Positions 49,901 through 62,925 of a stretch of 64,000 nucleotides of DNA are shown one piece after another (the stretch's first letter is position 1; each line of letters begins with the position of its first letter). Source of the stretch: Dirinaria sp. TL-2023a (Eukaryota). The notes beneath the pieces were generated by a model, which worked only from the letters and a program-made list of their open reading frames with translations, did no database searches and had not been told where the DNA came from. The position numbers were made by a program, and so were the translations under genes. Where the stretch lies: positions 1 through 64,000 of the forward strand of contig JAVEBF010000001.1 of the NCBI GenBank assembly GCA_051941275.1, read 5' to 3'.

Positions 49901-50570
49901 TCCTAGAGACAGCTCCTAATCCTACAAGGCGCTGGGATGTAGTTGTCTAGATTTTTGTATCTCGACAACATTCAGAACGTCTCAAAATCACCGCTACCGT
50001 CCCGTACTTCTAGAAGTAGACAAGATACACTTGCGTCTATAAATAATCACGAGCACAGAGCTCGAGTAGTATAGAGAAAGGCGAAGTTCATGGAGAATCA
50101 ATCATACCAACTCCTCTGACCTGTCATTTTAACAAAAATTCCGGTGGAGCAAAGGCGGCTTGTTTGCTTACTTGTCCAACTCTGTTTTGAAGTACTGCAA
50201 TATCAATAGCAGACTTGTTCCCGTGAGGTACCTAAGAGCACAAAACCCTGTTAGGAGATTACTAGTATCATCAACCTAATGGCTTGACCTCTCTGAGCTC
50301 AACCCTTTCTTTATCTACTAAGACTTTGGACCCTCGATTGTAAGGTATAAATGGTACCAAAAAACCCCTGCAAGCGAGTGATGAACCGTTTACCAAATTT
50401 AACGAAGATTTTTTCGCTGTCGCGGCAGCAAGCTCGGTCACAAGCCGCACGGCTAGAACGAAAGGCATTCTGACCATAGTGCAAGGTTGTAAAGCTAAAC
50501 TACCTAGCTCTGAACGACTTCGAAGAGAAACCCCGGGGTCCGATATCTAGACAAAGCGGCTATACAGATA

Positions 50571-51691
50571 TTATGGTTTTAGGAATACCATGACCGCATA
50601 CCGAAACGTGCCGTTGGCGTAGCCTCTCTTCATCGCCCGAAAAGCTTGTAAGAACGCTATGCCGTCGCGGCCTTGGGAAAAAGCGAAAGCCCATAAAGAA
50701 GGTGACTGGATTAGCGACCATGAGATATCCCTACGCTCGTTAGCCTCAGGCCTGGTACATGGAGTGGACTGGTTGTACCATGTCCTCGAAACCTTGTCAC
50801 TTATGTCTAGAGGCTCCGCGAAGACCTTGAAACCAGCTGCCTCTGCAAATTGAACATACTGCAGCTGCGTCAACAGCTTTGGTAGAAGCATACCGTCCTC
50901 GATAGGTTCAATATCCTGCGCTTCCAGCACGGGGGTGAGGTCCGCGGCTTTGAACCAATCAGCTACGATAAGCTTCCCACCTGGGCCTAATAATTTGAAA
51001 GCGTTTTCGAAGAACAGCGTCTTATTAGGTAAATGACTCATTACCTCCGCAATCCAGACTGCGTCAAAGCTTGCCGAGTTTGGAGGCGTGCTAAAAAAGT
51101 CACCCATAATTTCCGCATCAAGTTCGAGGAACCGTACGGCCCCAGCGGAGTCACAATGCGGGAATCTCGAGAATTCTGACTCTGCCAACGCCGCTGTGGC
51201 CCCAGCGTTCTGCTGATGATTTCCCTTGGCAGTCTCTCGCCATGCAATCTCGACTTGCCTCCCACTGATCGTGATCCCAGTAACCCGACAAGCAATTTCT
51301 TTCGCGAGGTATCGCGTTGTTCCACCTACACCGCACCCAACATCCAGAACACTCTTGCCCTCAAAGTCTCCCAAGTCTGCGCGTTTAAGCATCAGCTCTA
51401 TCAACCGGTGCTGAGCGGTCTCCTTATTGTCGTTTGGTTCAAGGAAATACCCATGGTGAATATGCTCTCCCCTGCTTCTCTTAGCAGGCCTTCGAGCTTA
51501 GGCAGGCTCGAGACCTACCAGAGCGAGAAGTAATAATCCGAGGCAAGCTCGTAATGGTTTCGGATGCGATCCTTTAGCGCAGAGAAAGAAGAAAATGGAA
51601 CCGGCTCTGGAGCCTGGTACTGAGCGCTAATGTCGAGGGTATGAGAGGCAGAAGAGGAACCCTTTTCCCCGGGGGAAGCGAGTCTGTTCAT
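50571..51691 (-). CDS. SAM-dependent methyltransferase, gamma-tocopherol-MT-like
   Basis: LKDRIRNHYELASDYYFSLW|GEHIHHGY, VLDVGCGVGG, VTGITIS, LDAE, EVMSH, LGPGGKLIVADW. Introns ~51518-51473 and ~50778-50731. Confidence 0.92.
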
Positions 51692-52739
51692 GATTTCTAG
51701 AGCAGAAGAATAATGAGATTGTTTTACTTGACGACTATAAATTGCATGGTCTTATCCTGTGGTGCTAGGCTACTAGCATTGAACGTACGTCGTAGTTGAT
51801 ACTAGTTATTGGAGACTGACTTTGCATGCGTTGCTAACTCTAAGAAAGTGGGTGTTCTATGGTTTAAACAGTGTGGGGAGGTGCCTGAAGCGAACAATAC
51901 CAAAACATGCATGCAACACACACCTAGCATGCAACATTTTCAACACTAGTCATGATGTGCCAGGGGGCAGGATCATAGCAGGGCAAAGGGATTCAACATA
52001 GGCATCTTACCATTTCTGACTGCCCTGTAATAATCTTACTTTTGACAGGTGACAAGTCTCGAATCTCGCATGCGGGCCGAAGGAGGCGCGTACGATAGGC
52101 GCGCTAATGACGCCAAGAAGCATTAGACTTCGGAGTCGCCGTGAGGTACATAAAGTAAACAAGTGCTTCAGGGGTTTAAGAATAAGGAGCAGTCTTCATC
52201 GCATCCAGTCAGCGCTGTTAAAGACCCTTATCAAATCTTGGTGCATCAAGGCAACTGGCGCAACGCAAAAGGCTCCCCTTGAGCTCATACGAGAGAAGGA
52301 GTAAGAATAACCAAGGACAAGTCCCAAATCTCGAATGAAGAGATTGACGGAATCGCTCTTATTATTTGCGCCAAAAGTCAAAGCTTGATGCACCAGTGGG
52401 AAGAAATCATCGAAATTGATCAAGGTGGTTTCCATGGAAATGCTGGTTTTGCAAAGCTAAAACGACACACTATAAAAACTGACAGGGCAATGCATTACCT
52501 TAGTATTGACTTGTCATCGTACTGAATTCTTCTGCTGTCGTGACGACGTGGTTTGTGCCAGTCAAAAAGGTGCTATGAGAAGCTCCTTGCTTGTACCACT
52601 CGACACTGTATCAAGCCATCTGCAATGCTTCCAAGTCCCATGAAAGAACATCCATTGCAACAGTAGAACCATTTATCAGCAGATAACTGCGTGGTAATCC
52701 AAGACAAGTGGCTGACATTACACCAGCACTATCACCGAT

Positions 52740-53762
52740 TTAAGCACTTGTCTTATAGTCTGTGCTTTTAATGAAATCTTCCCATTCGTCGCATATTTTC
52801 ACAGTCTCTAAACATTTGTCTTTGATAATCTGCAGAGCATCGGTGCCTAGTGGCAGTCTGGCCGGCATCGGCCTACCTTCGGCTGCTCCTTCAGACCTGA
52901 CAAGGTCAATCATGCGCTCAGCCCCAAGCTTCGGATTTCCTGGCTCATTGCCCTTTCTGATGTGTAGGGCAGCATTAAATTCTAAGATCAAGGATTGGTA
53001 GTCCTTGTGTTCCGACAGATGGACACGGGCATTTGCTTGACTGGTGATCTTGGTACTGAAGTGACCGGGCTCAAAGACGATCGATCGGATGTTGAAAGAC
53101 GCGAGTTCGATTTGCAAACTTTCCGTGAAACCTGGTTGATATATCAGCCTGCGAAGTTCGAAATGAAAATTCCCAAGGCTTCCAGACTTCGAAGAGCAGC
53201 GTTCGAAGCATTGTAAGCAGCACAGGCAGCGTTTCCTCGCCAGCCAAAGATAGAGCCGATATTGACAATTGTCCCGGATCGCTTCTCACGCATGTGTGGA
53301 ATGATAGCCCGGGTTAGGTTGATAGTGCCGAAGAACTTGGTCTCGAACTGAGTCAACCAGCGCTCGTAGCTATCATCCGATCAATGTCATCCTTTTGATA
53401 ATGGCTAGGGTACTTGAGCAGGCAATCATGCATATAGAGCAAGCCTATATCCTAGTCACAGGATAGATGACGTACCTGCATTCTTCGACAACACAAACTT
53501 CCAGGTAACCAGCATTGTTCACTAAAACATCGATACCGTCATATATTTTGATGGCTTGTTGAGCTTTCGATTGAATCTCGGCCTCCGGGGCGCTCACATC
53601 TAATTCCAAAATAGCGGCGCCGGTGCCCTTCAAATGTGCCAAACGTTGGTCTGCTTTCCTGCCTGTGGCTATAACTCTATCCCCCCGGGCGAGTACGCTA
53701 TAGACAAATTGCTCGCCAAAACCGGATGAGCAGCCAGTGACGAGCCAAGTCAATTGCGCCAT
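52740..53762 (-). CDS. Short-chain dehydrogenase/reductase (classical SDR), catalytic Lys replaced
   Basis: WLVTGCSSGFG, LELDV, VLVNNAG, FETKFFG, IVNIGS, YNASN (instead of YxxxK), FEPGHF, PGNP, RLPLGTDA; two introns. Confidence 0.9.
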
Positions 53763-54814
53763 GGTTTACTACAATAAGGAAGTTCAGAAGAAAGCAAAAG
53801 TGGCAGAGCAAGATGAAGTTGCTGGTTAACGAGAAAAACATCCACATTAAAGATTTTCACCAAAGACTCTTGGGTGGGCTGGCTGAACTCCGCCACGTTC
53901 CGAGAATCCGTCCTTTCCAAAATGATCAGGTCGGTGTGCCAGTGATTAGCATTCAACTGGACCTAAAGCTAATCCCGACCTTCGGGATTCCGATCCTTGC
54001 CTTTTATGGGAAATGAAAAGCTTATGATTGCATATCCAAGTGTGATTTTGAGCGAAACTTAAGCCGTGGATCAATGTCCGAAGAACGAATGGGCCGGCAG
54101 CCTCCTATTGATAGGTCATAATTATAATCAGGTTAGAACGGCACAATGATTGCTGGACAGTCCCCAGGACTGATGCTCAAAGTTGTCTCCTGTATCATGA
54201 GAGTAGCGGTAATGAAAGCGAGGTTGAAAATGTCGCAATGGGCTGAAAATTTTGAGAAGAGAACTACGATTTCTTGAGTTGACGCATAAGTACCTTATGT
54301 ATTAGTGGACCAGCCTTCTCCGCTCAGGGATATTAATGCAGTACTGTAAGGTAGGTAACCGGCGCACGCCTTAGTCGCTTTGCTCCTGCTATTGCTTTAC
54401 CTTATCGACATATATAGGTCCTACCAGGCCTCAGGTCATCAGGAAACAGGTCGGACTCAGTACGGAGTCACTCACATAAATAAGTAGCTCATAATTGGGG
54501 TGTGCGCGCCGATTAGCGTTCAGTTCAGCGTGCCGGCCCGAAGGCGTCTAGGGTCCGAGTTCCTGTTAAGGCAAAGCCATCTGGGCATGCTTCAACCCTG
54601 CATTGTGCTCCAATTCCCAACAACATCATGCTATCCGCTTTTCGGTTCCCTCCACACCGTAAAATGTGGCCCTACTACATTCAGATGTCCTACTGGAACG
54701 CTGCGAGAACCCCACCGAAAATCTATGCCTCGCTTACGGCTCGTACAGCTTTCTCGTGCCAGCATCCATCAGTTCTATCCATCGATACTTTCACTTCCAT
54801 AGCTTTTCCGGGCC

Positions 54815-55477
54815 ATGAGCATGGCTAACTTGACAGCCTTGCAGCAACATGTTGCTTTCTGGGACCAGGACAACGATGGAATCATCACGACTCTGGACGT
54901 CTACAATGGCTTTCGGGATCTCGGCTTCTGTGTGCTCTTCTCGCTGGGCGGACTATTGATCAATTTCTTCTTCTCCTACCCCACTCGACTTGGACACAGC
55001 TACTTCCCTGATCCATTCTTCCGGATCTATGTGGATAGCATACACAAGGCCAAGCATGGTTCAGATACAGGCATCTACGACTCTGACGGGTACCTCCGAC
55101 TACCACTCTTTGATGAGATGTTTGATAAGATGGACAACAACGGCACTGGCAGCTTGGGAGTCAGCGAACTCTTCGGACTGCATAAGAGAAACAGAGTGGC
55201 GGCTGACCCAGCAGGATGGAGCTTTGCATTCATGGAATGGTGGACTACATGGTTGCTGCTACAAAAGAATGGCCGCGTCTGGAAAGAGGACTTGAAGCAT
55301 GCATACGACGGCAGCTTGTTCCATAGAATCAAGGATGAGAGGACGAAAGAGCGTGGTTGGCAACAGGGGTACAGCTGGAAAATGTTCGCAAAGGGCATGA
55401 TGGATAATGGGACCTGGAAAACGTGGGAACATGGCACCGATAAAACGACTAACCGGAAGAAAAGAGAGGAACTGTGA
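54815..55477 (+). CDS. Caleosin / peroxygenase
   Basis: LQQHVAFWDQDNDGII EF-hand, GFRDLGF, proline-knot YPTRL..PDPFF, IHKAKHGSDTG, EW..TWLL, YDGSLF. The true start may lie in an upstream exon (CTAAC..CAG at ~54825-54836). Confidence 0.92.
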   Translation: MSMANLTALQQHVAFWDQDNDGIITTLDVYNGFRDLGFCVLFSLGGLLINFFFSYPTRLGHSYFPDPFFRIYVDSIHKAKHGSDTGIYDSDGYLRLPLFDEMFDKMDNNGTGSLGVSELFGLHKRNRVAADPAGWSFAFMEWWTTWLLLQKNGRVWKEDLKHAYDGSLFHRIKDERTKERGWQQGYSWKMFAKGMMDNGTWKTWEHGTDKTTNRKKREEL

Positions 55478-55670
55478 GCAGGCATCGAGTACAAGGGCTT
55501 CAGCACCATGACGATAGTTTCAAAGCACAGACGGACGTATACCCCAACCTCACGGCACGCTGCCACGTTCTCCCGATCTACAGCGGACTCCCAAACTAGC
55601 GTTTCCAGCACCAAGCGGCAGATACGCCCAGCGGCAAGCAGATGAACGAGAACTTAACTATCCCTTCCAA

Positions 55671-56240
55671 TTAGTTCTTCGCATCGTCTGCTTTCCCGGC
55701 CTGCACAGGCATCGCCGGATTGACCTCCTCTGCCACCAGCTCAACTGCATCCTCCCACTTCCCACCCTTCACGCCGTACCTCCAGCCCATATATCCGATG
55801 ACACCTACAAGGCTCCCCAGCCCAGCTCCACCAGCTATCGTCCTCCACCCAGCGGTCCTCACTCCATGCCTCCATGCCACCGCTGCCACACCTACCACTG
55901 TGCTCTCAGTCGCAAGAGTATCGCACTCAACCTGCCCCTTGTTTTCCAGAAGCCGCCACGCTCGATCCTGCCACTCGATCTTTTCGCGACCCCACATACG
56001 GATTCCAGTTGCGAACGCTGAAAGCGCGATGCCGATTACACCTCCCACGCCAGCGTTTCGCAGTATTGGAGCTGTAATTGACGAGGTTGTGCGGCGGACG
56101 TAAGCGTGACGGGCAGCGCCATAAAGGGAACCGAAGACGGCACCAGTCTGAAAACCTCGGTCGAGGACGTGGGTAATGAGAATGGTGTGGGAGAGGGGCT
56201 GCTCTTCGGCGTAGGGAGTGTGGGGAAAGAGGGTGGTCAT
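55671..56240 (-). CDS. Conserved-looking fungal hypothetical membrane protein (Gly-rich TMs)
   Basis: 189-aa ORF: FPHTPYAEEQP, RMWGREKIEWQDRAWRLLENKGQVECD and Gly-rich hydrophobic helices. Confidence 0.85.
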   Translation of the reverse strand: MTTLFPHTPYAEEQPLSHTILITHVLDRGFQTGAVFGSLYGAARHAYVRRTTSSITAPILRNAGVGGVIGIALSAFATGIRMWGREKIEWQDRAWRLLENKGQVECDTLATESTVVGVAAVAWRHGVRTAGWRTIAGGAGLGSLVGVIGYMGWRYGVKGGKWEDAVELVAEEVNPAMPVQAGKADDAKN

Positions 56241-58110
56241 GATTGACTACTTCATTAATTTGATCAATTATCGGTGGTGGTAGGGCCGGATTTTGCTGCA
56301 CAAGGCGGTCGCCGAAGGTTTCAGTGTATCAATTGAACATTCTGGAACACTCAGTTGGCGTTTCCTTACGGCACAAGGGGTGCTTCAATAGTATCGTGAT
56401 GTTGAATGACCTGAGCACGTCGTGCAGTTGGATCAGAGCGTCGACTTGCCTGCATTGCGGAGAAAAGATCGACGCGTTTAAAAGCCGCACCGAAGCAGAG
56501 CCGCTCAGCCGCATTTATTACGGTAGATGCCTCTCTGAACGGGAAGTCCGCGCCCGCACCCCCAGATTTCGTTCGTCCTAAGGTATTCTAGAGCAAGCCT
56601 TCGGCCAACGCACAGTATAGCCCGTATTTATGTCTATTCTTCAACAATGGAAGCCGAACTTGAGACGAAAATGACTTATGGATGGCGTACCAGGAAGTAA
56701 GTGTGCTGTAGCAGGAAAGGCTATTCGTTCGAGCAGGAGGTAGCTGGCGCACGAAGTTTGCATGATTAGAGAGAAGTTCATGGTTGGAACAGTCATGAAG
56801 GTCGGTTTCGAAAAAACCACTATTAAGATCATTTGGCCAAAGGTTGCCAGTAGGGATGAGGCCATTGGCATGTCGACCTCGTCAGGCTTGTAGACCAGGA
56901 TCGACTTGTCCGTGCAGCTGACATCATCATTGATGAAGAAGGTCTTGGGGAGGAAGGAGATCTATCACTACCTTACCACAAAGATCAATAGCAACATTCT
57001 TCCACCAGCCTTCGTGCACTGCGATAAATAATAATGTACTTCCGTGCAAAATCGGAATGGTACTCAAAGTCTAGGGCTTATATAGGGCTGCTAACACTCA
57101 TGCTGCAGGGCTCGGTAGCCGACCGTTTGAGCGTTTACGAGTAAGGTAAGGTACTAGATTGTAAGAACCACTTTCCCTTAGTCTGGAATTTCAACGTCCT
57201 TGCCACAAAACTTTGGCATTTCCTCTTCCAATAACGACTTCGGTGACCGAGATCACGTGAAGAACACGTTTGGCCAGCATCACGAGTTGCTTCTCAAAGT
57301 TGGGTTCCGCGACGCTGTACATCAGCAAGGGTCCCGTGTATTTAGTAGAACACCTGGCAGAGGCACTACTCATTATGTCATTTTACTAGCACGAGTGCTC
57401 CGCTCACCAAATAACGTCTTTAGGATCGAGCTTACGAGAAGATGGTGGTGAAGAAGTCCTTGAGATCTTGCAAAGCCATACCGTGTTGGAGACAAATGTT
57501 ACCGAGAACTCCGCACCAGATCTCCGGAGATGGCTCCTTCGAGTTTGCCTCATTGGCATATCTGAAGATTGGGCCGCGGCGGCGCGGCGGATCCGCAACA
57601 GTCCGCTGCCGTAACCCAGTCTCCTTTCCACGCTGTAGCGAAACTCTAAAGAGCCCCCATCATCCCAGCCATTGGTCCCAGCACATGCACCAAAGCAAGG
57701 TACATGATGCTGTAGATCTGTAGCTCAGATGGCGGATTGATCCCAGATACATGAGCCGTAAGTCTGCCGGTTGACACGTCTCTAGCCATCATGAACGTCC
57801 CAAAGCGGATGGGCCGCGCTTTCCTATCCTTCAGCTTCCTTCCTTTGTTCGGAATGCTCCACCCTGGCGTCATTTGACAGGGGAGCTGCGTGTGGGGAGT
57901 GTTGTGCGGTAACCACTTTATAAGTCTAAGCACCTCTCTCCCTTCCTGTTCGTCTTTGTTCCCTCTCCTGTTACATACGCCGGGAGCGATTGTACATTCG
58001 TATCAATCCTCAGTAGCCCCAACCCATCTTGTTCCTCTCAAGCTAGATCTTCGATCAAGTACCACACATATCATTCTCTCCGACAATCCAATCCATCAAC
58101 TCGCCAAAAG

Positions 58111-58647
58111 ATGCGTTTTTCCACGCTCACCACCTCCATCCTGGCCGCGCTCCCCCTGGCCAGCCAGGCCTCTCCATTCAACACACCCTGGGCCCCGCAC
58201 ATCCAAGACTACTTCACCCTGGGCTGCCCGGAAAACACCACGAAACCCTTCGCGTCGCAGCACGAGCAGACGAAAGTCCTCCTCGCCTTCGCCACGGACG
58301 TGTACGTCAAGCACCTCCTCAACCAGGGATACGACACCTACGCCGCCAAGGACTTCATCAACCACGCGCCGGAAATCAGCGGCAACGGCACCGCTATCGC
58401 CATCAAAACCCAAGGCCCGATGTTGGCGGGGGGAAGCGTACAGCTGCAGCGCGTCTTCGCGGGCGCGGACGAGAACGGCGTCAGCTACGGCACCATCCAT
58501 TTCAAGGGCATCAGCCCCGTGAGGGGCGTGGGCGCTATCGCTGGGATTTGGCGTCTTGTCGGCACTTGTCTGGTTGAGTATTGGGATGTGGCCGAGGGCG
58601 TGGCGCTTAATGAGACGAGTAACCCGATTGCGTATTTTAGGAAGTAG
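58111..58647 (+). CDS. Secreted SnoaL-like / NTF2-fold protein
   Basis: Signal peptide; Y.A.DFINHAPEI.GNG; IWRLVGTCLVEYWDV; GC-rich codon usage; upstream TATAA at ~57919. Confidence 0.85.
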   Translation: MRFSTLTTSILAALPLASQASPFNTPWAPHIQDYFTLGCPENTTKPFASQHEQTKVLLAFATDVYVKHLLNQGYDTYAAKDFINHAPEISGNGTAIAIKTQGPMLAGGSVQLQRVFAGADENGVSYGTIHFKGISPVRGVGAIAGIWRLVGTCLVEYWDVAEGVALNETSNPIAYFRK

Positions 58648-59099
58648 ATGGGGAGGGGGAAGAGAAAGAGAGTTGGTGCCATGAGCTTCCTGAGAGAGAT
58701 CGGGCAGTTGTGGCGCTGCAAAGTCGAATTACTTACGGAAGCCGGCTGGTGTCATTATATGAGGGGTGATTTTTCCCGTCTAGCAAAAGTAGCTTGCTGA
58801 TAAAAACTTCAACAACAACTAGTAAGAATACATACAAGACTAAATACTTAGTTTTTAATGAAATCTTCCTCCGGTGTTCAATCAAGCCCAGGTCAGAGCA
58901 GCAACTAGCCTGTTCCTCCCAAAGCAAAAGCAAATTTACATCGTCTTACGATGAAACGAATGCTATCCAAGCACTTCTATTGTAAAGACCCTTCCTAGCC
59001 TAGCCGCTTTCCGCTCGAGGCACATGTGGATGGGAACCTTAAGGTAAAGGAAGGCAGAGAGCAAAAGTCAGAATGAAACTACAACTTCCCCATATCCTC

Positions 59100-60881
59100 A
59101 TTACTGCCGCATAGAGGGGGGAAAGAGTCAAGGAAGCATATGATACTCGGATCCTCATGTATGAGAGTGAGAGAGAGAGACCGAGGTGATTACAATTGAT
59201 CGCTGAGAATCGAATTTTGTGAATTGAGGAATTACGCGAGGAGGAAGGTTCAGAGACTGAGGGTTCCCTGATGAGAGTGTGGGTTTTTGAGCATGATTGT
59301 TGAACGAGGACATTGATGAACTTCGGTGCTAGAGGAATAACATGGAATTTTGAAGAGATCAAGCAGCACTACTACTGCTCCATTATCTAAACCGGGCACC
59401 ATCTCGTTCTCTGAGACGTGTCTGCTATATAGTTCCGTAAGTCCGTCGTCCACGCCCAGTCTTCAGCATTTGATAAGCACAGAATCTGAGAGAGTGTATT
59501 TTCCCCCAGGCATCTAATACGCGCCTTGTCAAGTCCTGTGCCAGAGGCTCTTCTCGGCCAAGGGAAAGATCTCCAAATCCAATGATGAATTCCGTCATTC
59601 CGACTAGGAAAACCTCCTTTGCAAAGAAGTTGTGGGCATTGATCTCTGAGAGACAGAAAGTTTGGATATTGTCGATTGCGAAGGTGCCAAATCGAATATT
59701 TAGAACACCTATGATATATTCTATACGCGGGTTTCTGCTTTTTGGGCCATGGGACTTGAAGTATATCATGTCTGGAAAGTAGAAAGATTAGTTTCAGATT
59801 GCAAGTTGGATGGAGAATCCTATCGCCATTCACCTTTCACCAAATCAGCTGACCAACAATAATGTGCCAAAAAAATGAGATACCAGGAATCCGCAATCAT
59901 ACCATCGAGTGGAGTACTGCGATGACTGGACGCCACGCAGCATGTCCTCGACACAAGCAATGATTTGACCTGCCCTTTCTATCACATCTTTTCGTTGTGC
60001 CGAGATGTAAAGATCGAGTTTCATAGATGGTTGTTCTGGAGTAAATTCGGCGGGATCATTGTGCTCTTCGCCTGCACCATTTGGGTCTGCAGTGAATGGA
60101 TTCAGTCACTGCATTTCAGCTGAGATAGTGTCCATTGACTCACTGCTAATCATGCCTAGTATTAGTCTAAGATCTACGGTTGAATTGTCGTATTGCCTTG
60201 GCGTGGCTGCCGGAGTAATGGCTGTGCTTTTAGGGGTTTCACAGCTAATGTCGGACGGAGTCGCTAGTAGAATTAGGAAAATAGTTTTCAGTGCGACGTG
60301 CCCCTTAACTTACGAGGCTCAGCAGCTGGGGCGACATCTGGAATACCTGTATGCTTCATGTACTGCTCAATCTTCTGCGAAGATACAATGTTTCCTCGCA
60401 GCCGGAAACTGGACGATTTGAGCGGGTATTCTGCTTTACGTTTCAACTTCTTGCGGGCTATCGCTTTCATGTCCTTCTCTTTGATGTTCTTTTCAAAACG
60501 CCACTCCTTGAGCTTCGTATTGTACTGTGTCCGCCTACACATTCGTCAGTCATCGAGCATGAATTTGATTAAAGTATAAACAAGAACACAAGATGCACTG
60601 AAATCAAAATCCCGTTCCATTGCATCTATGACTGTTTTGAGAGGCAGATCCTGGATTATATAGAGCTCATATATATCCGCCTTCTTTTGCTGCCATGTCT
60701 CCAACGTTTTGGTGCTCGCCTTTGGTCTTCGTGATGCAGTTCTAGGTCTTGTACTGACCGCATGAGTAGGCTGTGAAGTCGTTCTTGTTGCGCTTCCATG
60801 GTCTGGCTGCTGATGGACCGGAAAAGATGCTGGTATTGTGCGCTGGATCTCGTTTTTCTCGATTGTACGCAGATTCATCAT
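59100..60881 (-). pseudogene. Clr5-domain protein pseudogene
   Basis: WQQKKADIYELYIIQDLPLKTVIDAMERDFDFSAS / QYNTKLKEWRFEKNIK is a Clr5-type motif. First intron lacks an in-phase GT donor, and there are downstream in-frame TGA stops (~60107, ~59846). 3' end approximate. Confidence 0.7.
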
Positions 60882-62568
60882 GTTCAATACCCGTGGTTGA
60901 ATGCTAAGGCTCTCACTGTCTTACAGACCGGGGAGCAGAATTTGGAAGACAAGACATAGTAGAATTAGATAAGTCAGTCACAGGGCACTTAGGCCCTTTT
61001 TTTAATGACTTTAGTAGGCTTCAGTATCAGGTAAGGCTCACGACGTAATGAGATTATTAGCCTTGTCGAACTTATATGTAATCCGGTCTCACCGTGTCTC
61101 ACACAGCCAACGGATTGCTCGACGTGCATAAAACTCTTGGTCAAGAAGAGGAAGTGCCCTCATCGATCCTCTCATTACGCTTGCTTGTTGTTCCGGTGTC
61201 CTTCCTACCACGTGTTCACTCCGCAAGGCAGCTGGCAAACCGTGATGTAAATGGTTCGAAAGAAGGCGACAGAGGACGACTGGCCAGTGAAATTTGTCTA
61301 AATCTACGCATGACTCGCATGACCTCCACCTCGGCTTTGTGGGATCACACAGACGTAAATTGTAAGTGCTAATGCAGCCTAAAGTTCCCTTGACTACGTC
61401 TCATCCTCTATCGCAGACATTGTCTCAAAGCGTGTATATGATGGCTTGCATACTCTGTTTGCCTTAACTTTCGGCTGCCAAAACGGTTAGAATAGGAGAA
61501 CGGCTAGCTTCTCGGGGCGGAGGCCGGGTTGTCCATCTATCCGAGCCTCTCAACTAGAAGTTTTATGCAAGTTTGCCTTAGGCCATCCCGTCGCGGCCGT
61601 CGCTGAGCTCCCTGAGCGTCACTAGATCGGGTCCGGTAGGCTATTCTACACATGATAGAGAACTAGTGGTCCTCGTTCAGCCGCACTAACGCATGTCGCC
61701 GTCGAGGACGAATTGGACAAGCGAAGCACAGTACCAAGTCAGGCGCTTATTTCGAAAGTTTTATGCACTCTTCCTTAATTGAAAGCAGGATCGATCCTCA
61801 ACATGCGGGCTTCTCTCGTAGGCTGGCATATTTCATTGACAGCTTCTAAACAATTGGTTGGAGTACTGCGGATCGTCGGACTTCAGCGATAGAGAATTAC
61901 TCTAGTAGAAGCCTAGCTATAAGGCTTTCACCGTACGATTCTTTAATTCATTATCGGACCAAGGCTTCTGTAATTGATAGGGACCAAAGTAGACATGGCT
62001 ATGGCGTTCTTGCTTCATGATCGACGAATCAAAAGCGGAGCCGATCCATGTGACGCACTGGGTTCTCACAGTGCTCATTTCACTCAATGGCTAACCCGTC
62101 AATAGAAAGCATGACACCCATATTTAGTAGCATGATTGATCCGTGCCCACGCTTTTCCCATGGGTCAGAGCTCGAGCTGGGACTAGCAGGCAGGGAAGGC
62201 AATTCTCCGACGTAAATCCTCGGTCTTGAGCATCCATATTGGGCCACTCATAGGCGTGATTCGATTGGTAGCCCACAAGCATCACACTTTTCTCTGCATG
62301 CGCTTCTGGCAAAAGTTTCACGAAAAATTGCGCCTTTATCTCCCTGCGCTGTGTGGCAATTCTGACCAAAGTTTTATGCAGAATATTGACCACACGTCGG
62401 TGTGGTTTTTTGCGCCTTGGTGGGGTCCTTTGGACGTTCGGAGCATTTTTAATGACCGAGCAAAGACATAAAGTCTGGCCAAATCCATCAGAGAAACCCA
62501 GTACCGCAAGCGTTGTTCGAATTCATACCCGTCTCACTGGTCAAGCACCTCAGTGTCCATTCCTCATC

Positions 62569-62925
62569 ATGAGCTCCAAACAAGCTACTCCAAAGGGTCA
62601 GCAGTCCAGCAGGAACGCCTCAACACATTCAACTGCATTCGCATTGTGCCAGGAAGTTCCAAAGCCTACCGAATCTCCTGGCGCTTCTTCCCTTATCGCC
62701 AGGCCTCAGAAGGTGCCTCATACCGAGTTGAAACCCAGCAGCTACAGTATCGAGCACTGGCTCCAGCAAAATTGGTGCGAGGATCCGTGGAGTGCTGTCT
62801 CCAGCTTTGGTGCGCAGCTCCCCAATACCGACCAGACCATGAATATGCCCGATGTGACCAAGAAAGAAGACGAATCCGTCAATTTTGGCGAAAATAAGCG
62901 GGGTACGTCTTTGCGTTGTTGGTAG
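62569..62925 (+). other. Possible first exon or remnant of a hypothetical gene
   Basis: MSSKQATPKG...SIEHWLQQNW low-complexity ORF followed by an intron-like GTACGT..CTGAT segment; no clear downstream exons. Confidence 0.3.

Noticed and set aside
56640..57440. Minus-strand ORF fragments
   Set aside because: Could not be assembled into a gene or assigned to a family.
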